From a virus: a DNA stretch of 12,455 bases. Both the position numbers and the translations under genes were made by a program. The notes below the pieces were generated by a model. The model ran no database searches and was not told the DNA's origin. It saw only the letters and a list, made by a program, of their open reading frames with translations. The DNA lies in UHGV virus genome UHGV-1619099; one strand, 5' to 3'. This document shows, piece after piece, positions 1 through 6,440 of this stretch (within the stretch, counting starts at the first letter, position 1; every line of letters starts with the position of its first letter).

Positions 1-18
1 GATGTGTATAAGAGACAG
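1..18. other. Tn5/Nextera mosaic-end adapter remnant (library artefact, not biological sequence)
   Basis: gatgtgtataagagacag matches the 19-nt Tn5 mosaic end AGATGTGTATAAGAGACAG minus its first base; its reverse complement sits at the other end of the window. Confidence 0.85.
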
Positions 19-41
19 GTAGAGAGTACTTCACTCCGCTG

Positions 42-61
42 GGGTGGGCTAACGCCCACCC
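42..61 (+). terminator. GC-rich hairpin (8-bp perfect stem gggtgggc/gcccaccc, loop taac) nested in a 7-bp outer inverted repeat (23-29 / 72-78) that ends in TTTT
   Basis: Inverted repeats read directly; T-run 78-81 follows the outer stem; lies upstream of the first gene. Confidence 0.3.
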
Positions 62-183
62 ACTGCGTTGCGTACTCTTTTAAGAAACGAAAGAATCACA
101 ACGGCATCGTAACTATTCTCTTGCACACCCCAATATAATAGGACACTATTCACTTATCGGAACGAGACAGAGGAGTTGGGGTT

Positions 184-453
184 ATGTTTAAGAAGGGTCA
201 GTTGGTGAAAACGAAACGCGGTGGGCAGTACGTAATAGTGTTGCAGGACGAGAACGAGTATGACGAGGATAATATAGTCGACGTATGGGGCCTGGTAAGA
301 AAGAAACCCGGGTTCGCCTTACGCGATAATCTGGAATTAATTGGCAACAATTTTAAATTCAAAGGGGTATTCGATGGCGGACTGAAAGCCTCATTCACAA
401 CGGCATCGAATCATGATGCTCGTGCCGACGACTCTGAGGGAGGTTGCCGTTAA
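184..453 (+). CDS. hypothetical protein (89 aa)
   Basis: ATG at 184 preceded by gaggagttgggg SD-like tract; stop TAA 451-453 overlaps the next start (TAATG). Confidence 0.6.
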   Translation: MFKKGQLVKTKRGGQYVIVLQDENEYDEDNIVDVWGLVRKKPGFALRDNLELIGNNFKFKGVFDGGLKASFTTASNHDARADDSEGGCR

Positions 454-644
454 TGAGGATTCGAATAACTGATGTTGAACAAACATGCCCTGAGGAATAC
501 CAGGACGTTAGCCTTGCGTACTTTGGCGTCTCTGTTGGAGATGAGTTCGACGTAGGGATTAGTTGCGAATATGGGTTTGTTGTAAATCATCGCGGCGAGA
601 ATTTGTTCGTCCGAAATTCTGAATGCGAAGTTCTGGAGGACTAA
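453..644 (+). CDS. hypothetical protein (63 aa, MRIRITDVEQ...)
   Basis: ATG 453-455 overlapping the upstream stop, gagggagg SD upstream; ORF track 444..644 uses an earlier TTG. Confidence 0.55.
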   Translation: MRIRITDVEQTCPEEYQDVSLAYFGVSVGDEFDVGISCEYGFVVNHRGENLFVRNSECEVLED

Positions 645-647
645 GTT

Positions 648-815
648 ATGAAAGAAGCATTCGAACGGTGGGCCGTTGTCGAGGGTCTGCCCGTTAACAA
701 GGGTTCGAAGAAAGAGTACCTGAACGTCAAGACGCGTCTCGCGTGGCGGGCGTGGAAAGCTGGTGTGTTGTCTGTTGTGTTGTCTGTTGTGTTGTCTGTT
801 GCGAATCCGAGGTGA
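648..815 (+). CDS. small hypothetical protein (55 aa) with C-terminal VLSV-VLSV-VLSV repeat
   Basis: ATG 648, stop TGA 813-815; contains the in-frame 12-bp x3 tandem repeat; below the ORF-track size cutoff. Confidence 0.45.
   Translation: MKEAFERWAVVEGLPVNKGSKKEYLNVKTRLAWRAWKAGVLSVVLSVVLSVANPR
765..800. repeat. perfect tandem repeat, 3 x 12 bp (gtgttgtctgtt)
   Basis: Three identical adjacent 12-mers at 765-776, 777-788, 789-800. Confidence 0.9.
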
Positions 816-818
816 GAT

Positions 819-1013
819 ATGGGTAAGTGGATTAAGTGTAGTGAGCGGATGCCTGATGACTTTGAAGATGTGCTGGTTTCAGATGGCGTGGATGTAGAAG
901 TTAAATGGCTTGATGGAAATTACTGCTGGGATAGTTTCACGGAGAACAATTCAAATATTCGTAGCTGCGACGTGGTGTACTGGATGCCGTTACCGCAGCC
1001 GCCAGAATTGTGA
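819..1013 (+). CDS. small phage protein, DUF551-like (64 aa)
   Basis: ATG 819 with gaggtgag SD; W/C-rich sequence ending ...VVYWMPLPQPPEL resembles the phage DUF551 family as I recall it. Confidence 0.55.
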   Translation: MGKWIKCSERMPDDFEDVLVSDGVDVEVKWLDGNYCWDSFTENNSNIRSCDVVYWMPLPQPPEL

Positions 1014-1055
1014 TGCTATATTGTAACAATAGTTTGAGATTTTACTGAGTGACTT

Positions 1056-1090
1056 ACGCTGCTACACAGCAGCGTATCATTTTTCTCATT
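1056..1090 (+). terminator. rho-independent terminator
   Basis: Stem acgctgct (1056-1063) / agcagcgt (1068-1075), loop acac, followed by atcatttttctcattttt. Confidence 0.6.
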
Positions 1091-1229
1091 TTTGTTCTAT
1101 TTCACCAAACGCAACAATCGAAGCGACTATTGCAGGAGATGCAACAATACAAACACCAATAAAATTTACTTGCACACTGGGGGAGAATAGGATACCATTC
1201 ATTTACACAAACGAGAGGAGAGGCAGAAT

Positions 1230-1379
1230 ATGGTTACTTTGATGATTATGGAGTTCGAAAACAGCGCTGCAACTTACCGCGAGATGACTATGGCGCAGGC
1301 GTACCACCTGGCTAAACACGGCAACTTCTACAAGGCTCAAATCATTAATGAGTTTGGGGTAATTGACTATGAATTTTAA
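1230..1379 (+). CDS. hypothetical protein (49 aa)
   Basis: ATG 1230 preceded by gagaggagagg SD; stop TAA 1377-1379; below ORF-track cutoff. Confidence 0.45.
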   Translation: MVTLMIMEFENSAATYREMTMAQAYHLAKHGNFYKAQIINEFGVIDYEF

Positions 1380-1641
1380 CAGCTACACCGTGACCGTTGA
1401 TTTTGAGGGGCTGGAGTTGCCCCTCCCTAACAACTACCGGTACATAACGCGCGATAATAATGGGTTTATTCAGGGGTGGAGGAACAAACCGACGGACACT
1501 GAGTTCGGGATGTCAGGAGGAGAAGAGTTGCCGGTCACTTTCGGGCATCAGAGTAGCAATGGAGAACTTAAAACGGTGATTCGTAAGTATCGTCGCCGCG
1601 ATAACACCGGGCTTATCGCAATAACAGGCGCTGTTGAATAA
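1369..1641 (+). CDS. hypothetical protein (about 90 aa)
   Basis: ORF track 1363..1641 (TTG at 1363); first ATG at 1369; overlaps the upstream stop. Confidence 0.5.
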   Translation: MNFNSYTVTVDFEGLELPLPNNYRYITRDNNGFIQGWRNKPTDTEFGMSGGEELPVTFGHQSSNGELKTVIRKYRRRDNTGLIAITGAVE

Positions 1642-1660
1642 GCGAGAGGAGAGACAGAAG

Positions 1661-2173
1661 ATGAGTAACAAAAACGAAGTATTCGAGTGGCTGATTGACC
1701 AACTACGGCAGCAGGTAAATAGCAACCCGTACAAGCAACAGTGCGAAGACCTGGCGCACGAGGTGTTGTCACTTAAGAATCAGTTACGCGACGCTTCGGC
1801 ACAGATTAAGGAGTTGCACCTGGCCTTGGTCAAAGCAACAGGTGATGCGGAGGCCTACAAACTTATACGCAAGGGTGGGTACATCGATGGTGGTAAGCGC
1901 TATGTAGTGGGTGAACATGTGCCTGGGACAACGGTAAATTGTCGGTGTACCTCGACGCCTGTACCGCCGGAACAATCTGGTTGCCGGAAAGAAGACGCGC
2001 AGGAATGCCACCATAACTGGCGATTAGTTAACGGAAAGGCTCCCGCCGTATGTATTAATTGCGGTGTGACCAAAGCTGATGAGTGCAAGCACGCCAACAC
2101 AGCGCAGTTACGTAAAGGCTTCGCGCCGGGGTTTACTAAAAAATGTCTGGATTGCGGGGCTAAACTTAAATGA
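1661..2173 (+). CDS. hypothetical Cys-rich protein (170 aa), N-terminal coiled-coil-like region and C-terminal Cys clusters (possible zinc-binding)
   Basis: ATG 1661 with gagaggagag SD (ORF track frame 1634..2173); motifs CRC, CINCG, CLDCG in the C-terminal half. Confidence 0.6.
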   Translation: MSNKNEVFEWLIDQLRQQVNSNPYKQQCEDLAHEVLSLKNQLRDASAQIKELHLALVKATGDAEAYKLIRKGGYIDGGKRYVVGEHVPGTTVNCRCTSTPVPPEQSGCRKEDAQECHHNWRLVNGKAPAVCINCGVTKADECKHANTAQLRKGFAPGFTKKCLDCGAKLK

Positions 2174-2373
2174 CCAGCATCTTATTTATATGGGTATTGT
2201 CCGCGGGCCAGATGCAACTGGCGGCATCAGAAACGTTTTACTCGATGGAGGCGTGCCAGTCAGCGGCACGCGCCGCAGAAAATGCGCACTTCCTGTTTCA
2301 GGGGGACAAACCCAACGATTCAGAGGTACGCGCTATCTGCTCCCCTAAGCGACTTGGTAAACAGGAGAAGTGA
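2170..2373 (+). CDS. small protein with hydrophobic N-terminus (signal peptide or TM-like), 67 aa
   Basis: ATG 2170 overlaps upstream stop (ATGA); N-terminus MTSILFIWVLSAGQMQLAA. Confidence 0.5.
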   Translation: MTSILFIWVLSAGQMQLAASETFYSMEACQSAARAAENAHFLFQGDKPNDSEVRAICSPKRLGKQEK

Positions 2374-2375
2374 TT

Positions 2376-2573
2376 ATGGCACAGAGATACGATTTAAAAG
2401 AAGACTGGGTTACTGGGTGTATTGACTTAGAGAAAGACGCAGACGGTGACTGGGTTGGCCACAGAGACTATGCGAAACTTGAAGCAAAGTTACGTGAATT
2501 CGCCGAACAGGTAATTAACGAACCTTGTTCGAAAGTTACAGAAGAAATGGCCCGCGAGATTCTCGGAATATGA
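2376..2573 (+). CDS. hypothetical protein (65 aa)
   Basis: ATG 2376 with aggagaag SD 5 nt upstream; ORF track starts at GTG 2370. Confidence 0.55.
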   Translation: MAQRYDLKEDWVTGCIDLEKDADGDWVGHRDYAKLEAKLREFAEQVINEPCSKVTEEMAREILGI

Positions 2574-2863
2574 GCCTTGCAACTGACATCCTGAAACGAA
2601 GCGGCCTTGCGCCGCTTTCACCGAGAGCGAACACCAGAATACACAAGCGACGCCGTAACGCGCTGCACCCGGAGATTCAAGCCAGACGCAAAGCAGTCCG
2701 CGCCTGCGGATTCCAGAACGGGAAGGCCGTGAATCTCGGTGAGTTTAAAACAAAGGAACGTGCAGCAATCGCTAATCGGTTATTTAATTACTGGAAATCG
2801 CTGGGGTACGATGATATTCCGACGAAACCGCAGAGACGACAATACATCTGGAGACACAAATAA
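2570..2863 (+). CDS. small basic protein with AP2-like DNA-binding signature (97 aa)
   Basis: ATG 2570 overlaps upstream stop (ATGA); segment AVNLGEFKTKERAAIANRLFNYW resembles the AP2 domain found at the C-terminus of phage HNH endonucleases (from memory); no HNH motif present. Confidence 0.5.
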   Translation: MSLATDILKRSGLAPLSPRANTRIHKRRRNALHPEIQARRKAVRACGFQNGKAVNLGEFKTKERAAIANRLFNYWKSLGYDDIPTKPQRRQYIWRHK

Positions 2864-2893
2864 ACAACTATTAGGATAATTCCTACCCGTGGT

Positions 2894-2933
2894 ATCCTCC
2901 AGTTACTGCATACTTAATACGCACCTGGAGGAT
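2894..2933 (+). promoter_or_regulatory. stem-loop sequestering the holin Shine-Dalgarno sequence
   Basis: atcctccag (2894-2902) is the exact reverse complement of ctggaggat (2925-2933); the right arm contains the SD ggagga (2927-2932), 6 nt upstream of the TTG start at 2939. Confidence 0.45.
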
Positions 2934-2938
2934 TCATC

Positions 2939-3247
2939 TTGGATAAATTTACTGAAACAGTGACGGGGTGGCTTCTCGCCGCCGCACTGGTCGGTGGATT
3001 GGTCGGACTAAGACAACATAAAAAGTCTATATCCGGGCCGATTGACGGACTGGTATTTCTTCTAACCGGCTTTGCGTGTGCCATTTTCGGTGCGCCTCTT
3101 GCCGCTCAATGGTTCGGTATTACCGGTGAGCGCGAGATAGCTGGCCTCGGATTCATCATTGCCATTCTCTGGATGCCTATCTATTCCCGCCTTTCTGGCA
3201 TCGTATCGGGTGGCGATATTTCCCGCCCGGGAGGACCTCATGACTGA
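2939..3247 (+). CDS. holin (three predicted TM segments, class I-like), TTG start
   Basis: 102 aa with three hydrophobic stretches (WLLAAALVGGLVGL; LVFLLTGFACAIFGAPLAAQWF; IAGLGFIIAILWMPIY); immediately upstream of the endolysin. Confidence 0.65.
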   Translation: MDKFTETVTGWLLAAALVGGLVGLRQHKKSISGPIDGLVFLLTGFACAIFGAPLAAQWFGITGEREIAGLGFIIAILWMPIYSRLSGIVSGGDISRPGGPHD

Positions 3248-3512
3248 GCTATTCTGGTTTGTCGTAATGCTGGCAATGGGCGCTTCGTCCCTGTTCAACG
3301 TGTATAATGAGCACGTGGACGACGGGTTATTCGGGCGTGTGCTCTATATCCTGACTGCGATTGTCTGCGCCGCCGGATGTATCCACCTGTTACAGGGCAG
3401 CGTGTCACCAACGTTGCCTGAGACGTTAATCACATTAGTCGCGCTGCGTCAGATTCGTCAGGCGTGGCTGTCGTACGGAGGACATAAGCGTGTCTCGAAA
3501 CATTTCAGATAA
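3240..3512 (+). CDS. small membrane protein with two TM segments (second holin/antiholin-like)
   Basis: ATG 3240 overlaps the holin stop; hydrophobic stretches LFWFVVMLAMGASSLF and VLYILTAIVCAAGCIHLL; sits between holin and endolysin. Confidence 0.5.
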   Translation: MTELFWFVVMLAMGASSLFNVYNEHVDDGLFGRVLYILTAIVCAAGCIHLLQGSVSPTLPETLITLVALRQIRQAWLSYGGHKRVSKHFR

Positions 3513-3975
3513 TGGATTGCATTTCACCGCCGCGTTCGAGGGATTCCGTGGTACTGCGTATCGTGCTACGCCGAACGAGAAGTATCTGACTATTGGTTAT
3601 GGTCACTACGGGCCGGACGTAACACCAGGTAAGACCATCACGCCGGGGCAAGGCATCCTGTTACTGAATCGTGATATGGCTAAGGCCGTGGCTGCGGTTG
3701 ATGCCGCAGCACACCATTCACTGGCACAGGCGCAGTTCGATGCAGTGTGCGACCTGGTATATAACGCGGGTGCTGGCGTGATTGCAGCTACTACTGGCAC
3801 AGGTAAGGCACTGCGATCTGGTGATGTTGCGATACTTCGCGCCAAGCTAACGCTGTTCATCAACCAGAACGGCAAACCATTACTCGGCCTGCGCCGCCGT
3901 ACAGCAGGTCGTCTGGCGCTGTTCGACGGTAAACCGTGGCAGGAGGCTGAGGCTATCGGGAGGGCTGTTAAATGA
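3490..3975 (+). CDS. endolysin, T4-type lysozyme (glycoside hydrolase family 24)
   Basis: N-terminal ...GLHFTAAFEGFRGTAYRATPNEKYLTIGYGHYG matches the catalytic Glu and TIGxGH region of T4-lysozyme-like muramidases; GTG start at 3490 overlaps the upstream gene by 23 nt. Confidence 0.85.
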   Translation: MSRNISDNGLHFTAAFEGFRGTAYRATPNEKYLTIGYGHYGPDVTPGKTITPGQGILLLNRDMAKAVAAVDAAAHHSLAQAQFDAVCDLVYNAGAGVIAATTGTGKALRSGDVAILRAKLTLFINQNGKPLLGLRRRTAGRLALFDGKPWQEAEAIGRAVK

Positions 3976-4141
3976 TGGACGAATACGAAGGCGTTTAGTA
4001 TTCTGGTTAGGCCAAGTTTTTCGTATTTGCTAACGGCAACAGAAGATTAAACAACATTGAGGGCATTCCGGGTATCATCACCCTCGCGGACCTGTAACAA
4101 GGTCGGGCCAAAGTGCGATAACGCGTGCCGGAGAATCTCTG

Positions 4142-4170
4142 TTGACACCTAAGACTAATCCGACGATACT
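4142..4170 (+). promoter_or_regulatory. sigma70-like promoter candidate (TTGACA, 17 bp, GATACT)
   Basis: Perfect -35 ttgaca at 4142-4147, 17-bp spacer, -10 gatact at 4165-4170. Confidence 0.35.
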
Positions 4171-4209
4171 TAAATCACCTCCTGTTCCATCCCTCTGCTC
4201 TCCAGTTTT

Positions 4210-4244
4210 ATCCCGGCCCTGACCCAGCTGGGATTTTTTTTATC
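4210..4244 (+). terminator. terminator-like GC-rich palindrome followed by a T8-9 run
   Basis: atccc (4210-4214) pairs with gggat (4230-4234) around ggccctgacccagct, followed by tttttttt. Confidence 0.5.
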
Positions 4245-4263
4245 TATTTTCTGCAATGACTAG

Positions 4264-4292
4264 TTGACTATTACCCTCGACCCTATTATATT
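4264..4292 (+). promoter_or_regulatory. sigma70-like promoter (TTGACT, 17 bp, TATATT) for the downstream small-gene cluster
   Basis: -35 ttgact 4264-4269, 17-bp spacer, -10 tatatt 4287-4292; first gene starts at 4327. Confidence 0.5.
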
Positions 4293-4326
4293 TACTCCAT
4301 CGACAACGAGAACGGAGTAGAGAGAA

Positions 4327-4476
4327 ATGAAAATCACAGATATCGAAGCATTCAAAGACGCACAACTGATGGCACGCATCGCCGTTGGTAACCTGAGCAA
4401 CAGCATTCCGGCGGACGCGTTCTGGTTCGCCGCGATGCAGACACTGAAAGCAGCTTATGCAGGAGATGAGAAATGA
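4327..4476 (+). CDS. hypothetical protein (49 aa)
   Basis: ATG 4327 preceded by gaacggagtagagag SD; stop overlaps next start (ATGA); below ORF-track cutoff. Confidence 0.5.
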   Translation: MKITDIEAFKDAQLMARIAVGNLSNSIPADAFWFAAMQTLKAAYAGDEK

Positions 4477-4628
4477 CAGTTTATATTGTTACTGGTTGGC
4501 GATGTCTGCGTGATACAGAAATTATTAACGTGTTTGCAAATGAAGAGAAGGCCAAAAAAGCTGCGGAGTTAGTGCGAACCGCTGGCTACTACGATGTTGT
4601 TGAAATTAATAATTACGAGGTTAAGTGA
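4473..4628 (+). CDS. hypothetical protein (51 aa)
   Basis: ATG 4473 overlapping upstream stop; ends TGA 4626-4628 overlapping the next ATG. Confidence 0.5.
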   Translation: MTVYIVTGWRCLRDTEIINVFANEEKAKKAAELVRTAGYYDVVEINNYEVK

Positions 4629-4786
4629 TGAGCGAACAAGGTCAAGTAAGCCAACCATTACGGGTTGGCCGTAAAGTCAGTCACACCCCGTTCCCGACAC
4701 GTGAGGAACTGATGAAACGTAACAGTTTCCCGGGGCCGGACAAGAACAAGTATCTCAATCGCATGTGGGGAGAGTGTAAAGAATGA
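4628..4786 (+). CDS. hypothetical protein (52 aa)
   Basis: ATG 4628 (TGATG overlap); stop TGA 4784-4786 overlapping the next ATG. Confidence 0.5.
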   Translation: MSEQGQVSQPLRVGRKVSHTPFPTREELMKRNSFPGPDKNKYLNRMWGECKE

Positions 4787-4974
4787 GACGTAAACCGTTA
4801 CCAAAAGTTGGCGATAGCTGGTTAACCCCTGAGTGGAGAAGGCTGAAAATAACAGCAGTTGTCCGTGAAAGACACTCAATGCCACAGTTAGATGTTAAGG
4901 CTGTTTGGTGTCTGAATTTTAACGATGGTACTTGCGAGTACGTTGACGAGGACGAGTTTTATGACCGACCGTGA
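4783..4974 (+). CDS. hypothetical protein (63 aa)
   Basis: ORF track 4783..4974; ATGA overlap with the upstream gene. Confidence 0.55.
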   Translation: MRRKPLPKVGDSWLTPEWRRLKITAVVRERHSMPQLDVKAVWCLNFNDGTCEYVDEDEFYDRP

Positions 4975-5134
4975 GTATGAAAAAGCATGCGTCGAATCCG
5001 CGACTGGTGAATCTGAAATAGTGTGGATTGACGCCCACATCGAACACCACTTACGGCAGGTAGATAATCTTATGGAACGCCGCCGTGAACTGATTAACCG
5101 CTTCAACCTGAACAAAGGTGACGCCAATGCCTAA
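4961..5134 (+). CDS. hypothetical protein (57 aa)
   Basis: ATG 4961 in the frame of ORF 4925..5134; overlaps the upstream stop. Confidence 0.5.
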   Translation: MTDREYEKACVESATGESEIVWIDAHIEHHLRQVDNLMERRRELINRFNLNKGDANA

Positions 5135-5375
5135 AATCACAATCACATCACTTGAGCGCCGTATTCTGGTACTCGAGTCAGAGAAACAGACGTTAGGCGG
5201 ACAACTGTCAATTAACGGTGAGTACCAGTTAGCCGCATTTAAGGTTCTTCTCATGTTGTTGAGAGGAGAAGAGGAAAAGATGAACGCCTGCGAGCATGAT
5301 TACCGCCTGCATTTAGTTGATGGGGTACATCGAGCCACATGCTTAAAATGTGGTAAAGCGTATGAAGTCGCCTAA
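5127..5375 (+). CDS. hypothetical protein with C-terminal zinc-ribbon-like motif (CEH...CLKCG)
   Basis: ATG 5127 overlapping upstream stop (ATGcctaa); ORF track frame 5118..5375. Confidence 0.5.
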   Translation: MPKITITSLERRILVLESEKQTLGGQLSINGEYQLAAFKVLLMLLRGEEEKMNACEHDYRLHLVDGVHRATCLKCGKAYEVA

Positions 5376-5544
5376 ACCAGTAGTAATTGATGGTGTCCTG
5401 TGGAAGCCCTACTCGGTTAACCACATCGACGCCGACGGGAAGAAGTTTAGCTTCTACATTTTTGCAATTAGCCGTGAGCACGCCGCCTGTGTGGTCGACG
5501 ATATACGAGAAACAGCGTGGCTTGGTGATGAGATAGTGGGGTGA
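5362..5544 (+). CDS. hypothetical protein (60 aa)
   Basis: ATG 5362 in the frame of ORF 5350..5544; overlaps the upstream gene. Confidence 0.45.
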   Translation: MKSPKPVVIDGVLWKPYSVNHIDADGKKFSFYIFAISREHAACVVDDIRETAWLGDEIVG

Positions 5545-5548
5545 GAGT

Positions 5549-5632
5549 ATGAGTCTTGAGGTGGTTATAGGTCTGGTCGGTCTTAGTTACTTCATTGGGC
5601 TGTTGGTTGGATTTCTGTGGGGTAGATACTAA
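5549..5632 (+). CDS. 27-aa hydrophobic micro-protein (single TM-like helix)
   Basis: ATG 5549 with ggtgagag SD; MSLEVVIGLVGLSYFIGLLVGFLWGRY; stop TAA overlaps the next ATG (TAATG). Confidence 0.35.
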   Translation: MSLEVVIGLVGLSYFIGLLVGFLWGRY

Positions 5633-5802
5633 TGTTCAGTGACATTAACGCAGCAATCGAGGAAGCAATCTGGCGTCGCTACAACGGCGAACAGCAACGG
5701 CACTTCTGCCTGGTGCAACACGGAAACATGATTGCCGTAGTGCAGGACCGCGATAACAAATATCCGAATGCGATGTGGACAACGAGGAATTTTTTAGGAT
5801 GA
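5632..5802 (+). CDS. hypothetical protein (56 aa)
   Basis: ATG 5632, stop TGA 5800-5802 overlapping the next ATG at 5799; competes with antisense ORFs 5645..5899 and 5679..5951, which I consider shadow ORFs. Confidence 0.45.
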   Translation: MFSDINAAIEEAIWRRYNGEQQRHFCLVQHGNMIAVVQDRDNKYPNAMWTTRNFLG

Positions 5803-6035
5803 TTACCAGCATTCCGAACCTGATTAAAGAATTTGGCACGATGGCGGAGACATGCCGACAAACTGGACTCAATGAAATGACGATTGCGAAGTACAGCAAA
5901 GACGTCGATTGCGAGCGCCATGTAATTTATAACAATCGTCTCATGACGCACGTTAAGACAAGCCCGGTGTTATTCACGCGCCGTGGTATCACTAAAACTG
6001 AGCTACGAATTGCTAAAGAGGAGAGCGGGGAATGA
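5799..6035 (+). CDS. small helix-turn-helix protein, possible transcriptional regulator
   Basis: ATG 5799 (frame of ORF 5775..6035); HTH-like segment TMAETCRQTGLNEMTIAKYSK. Confidence 0.5.
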   Translation: MITSIPNLIKEFGTMAETCRQTGLNEMTIAKYSKDVDCERHVIYNNRLMTHVKTSPVLFTRRGITKTELRIAKEESGE

Positions 6036-6304
6036 TTGAATATGATAACTACCACATAAACCGGTGTGAGGCCCTTGAATTTTTGTCCAGAAACTTCCAC
6101 GATTTCCCAGAACACATGCCTAATGTGCGCGAAGTTGCGGAGGGTATTTCCGAGAACATATTCAAAGGCTGGCGATTCGTCGTTATTGATTCTGGTGAGT
6201 TGGTTTTCGCTGATTGCTTTTCACCATGTATTCGTAAAATAGACCTTGAGGAATTTAATGCAACTTTTAGTCTTTCCGAATGCCTGGACTATAGCCGTAG
6301 CTAA
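6032..6304 (+). CDS. hypothetical protein (90 aa)
   Basis: ATG 6032 overlapping upstream stop (ATGA); ORF track. Confidence 0.55.
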   Translation: MIEYDNYHINRCEALEFLSRNFHDFPEHMPNVREVAEGISENIFKGWRFVVIDSGELVFADCFSPCIRKIDLEEFNATFSLSECLDYSRS

Positions 6305-6362
6305 CGACCATTACGGCGGCGATGGTAAGAGAGCACCGCGACGCGGCCTATATAACTGATAC

Positions 6363-6384
6363 AAGCCCTCTATGGAGGGCTTTT
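6363..6384 (+). terminator. rho-independent terminator
   Basis: Stem aagccctc (6363-6370) / gagggctt (6375-6382), loop tatg, followed by ttctg. Confidence 0.55.
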
Positions 6385-6385
6385 C

Positions 6386-6415
6386 TGTACATCCCACCCA
6401 ATCCACTTATATAAT
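6386..6415 (+). promoter_or_regulatory. promoter candidate with perfect -10 TATAAT (6410-6415) and weak -35 tgtaca (18-bp spacer)
   Basis: Read directly; placed between the terminator and the packaging genes. Confidence 0.35.
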
Positions 6416-6421
6416 CCCTTT

Positions 6422-6440
6422 AGACGCGTAGGGCGCGTCT
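6422..6440 (+). promoter_or_regulatory. inverted repeat agacgcg-N5-cgcgtct in the terS leader (operator-like or 5'-UTR hairpin)
   Basis: 7-bp perfect arms at 6422-6428 and 6434-6440; related agacgc copy at 6459-6464. Confidence 0.35.

Noticed and set aside
121-139. Promoter upstream of the first gene (ttgcac ... tataat at 134-139)
   Set aside because: The -10 is perfect but the ttgcac hexamer is only 7 nt upstream, so it cannot serve as a -35; any promoter here would rely on the -10 alone. Too weak to annotate.
4174-4183. 10-nt identity to the 16S rRNA 3' end (ATCACCTCCT) as evidence of an rRNA gene fragment
   Set aside because: The match is isolated with no flanking rRNA-like sequence; retained only as a possible anti-SD-like regulatory element (see findings), not as an rRNA feature.
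5645-5951. Minus-strand ORFs 5645..5899 and 5679..5951 overlapping the small + strand genes
   Set aside because: The + strand genes here form a translationally coupled chain (overlapping start/stop codons, SD sequences) consistent with the rest of the operon; the antisense translations look random.
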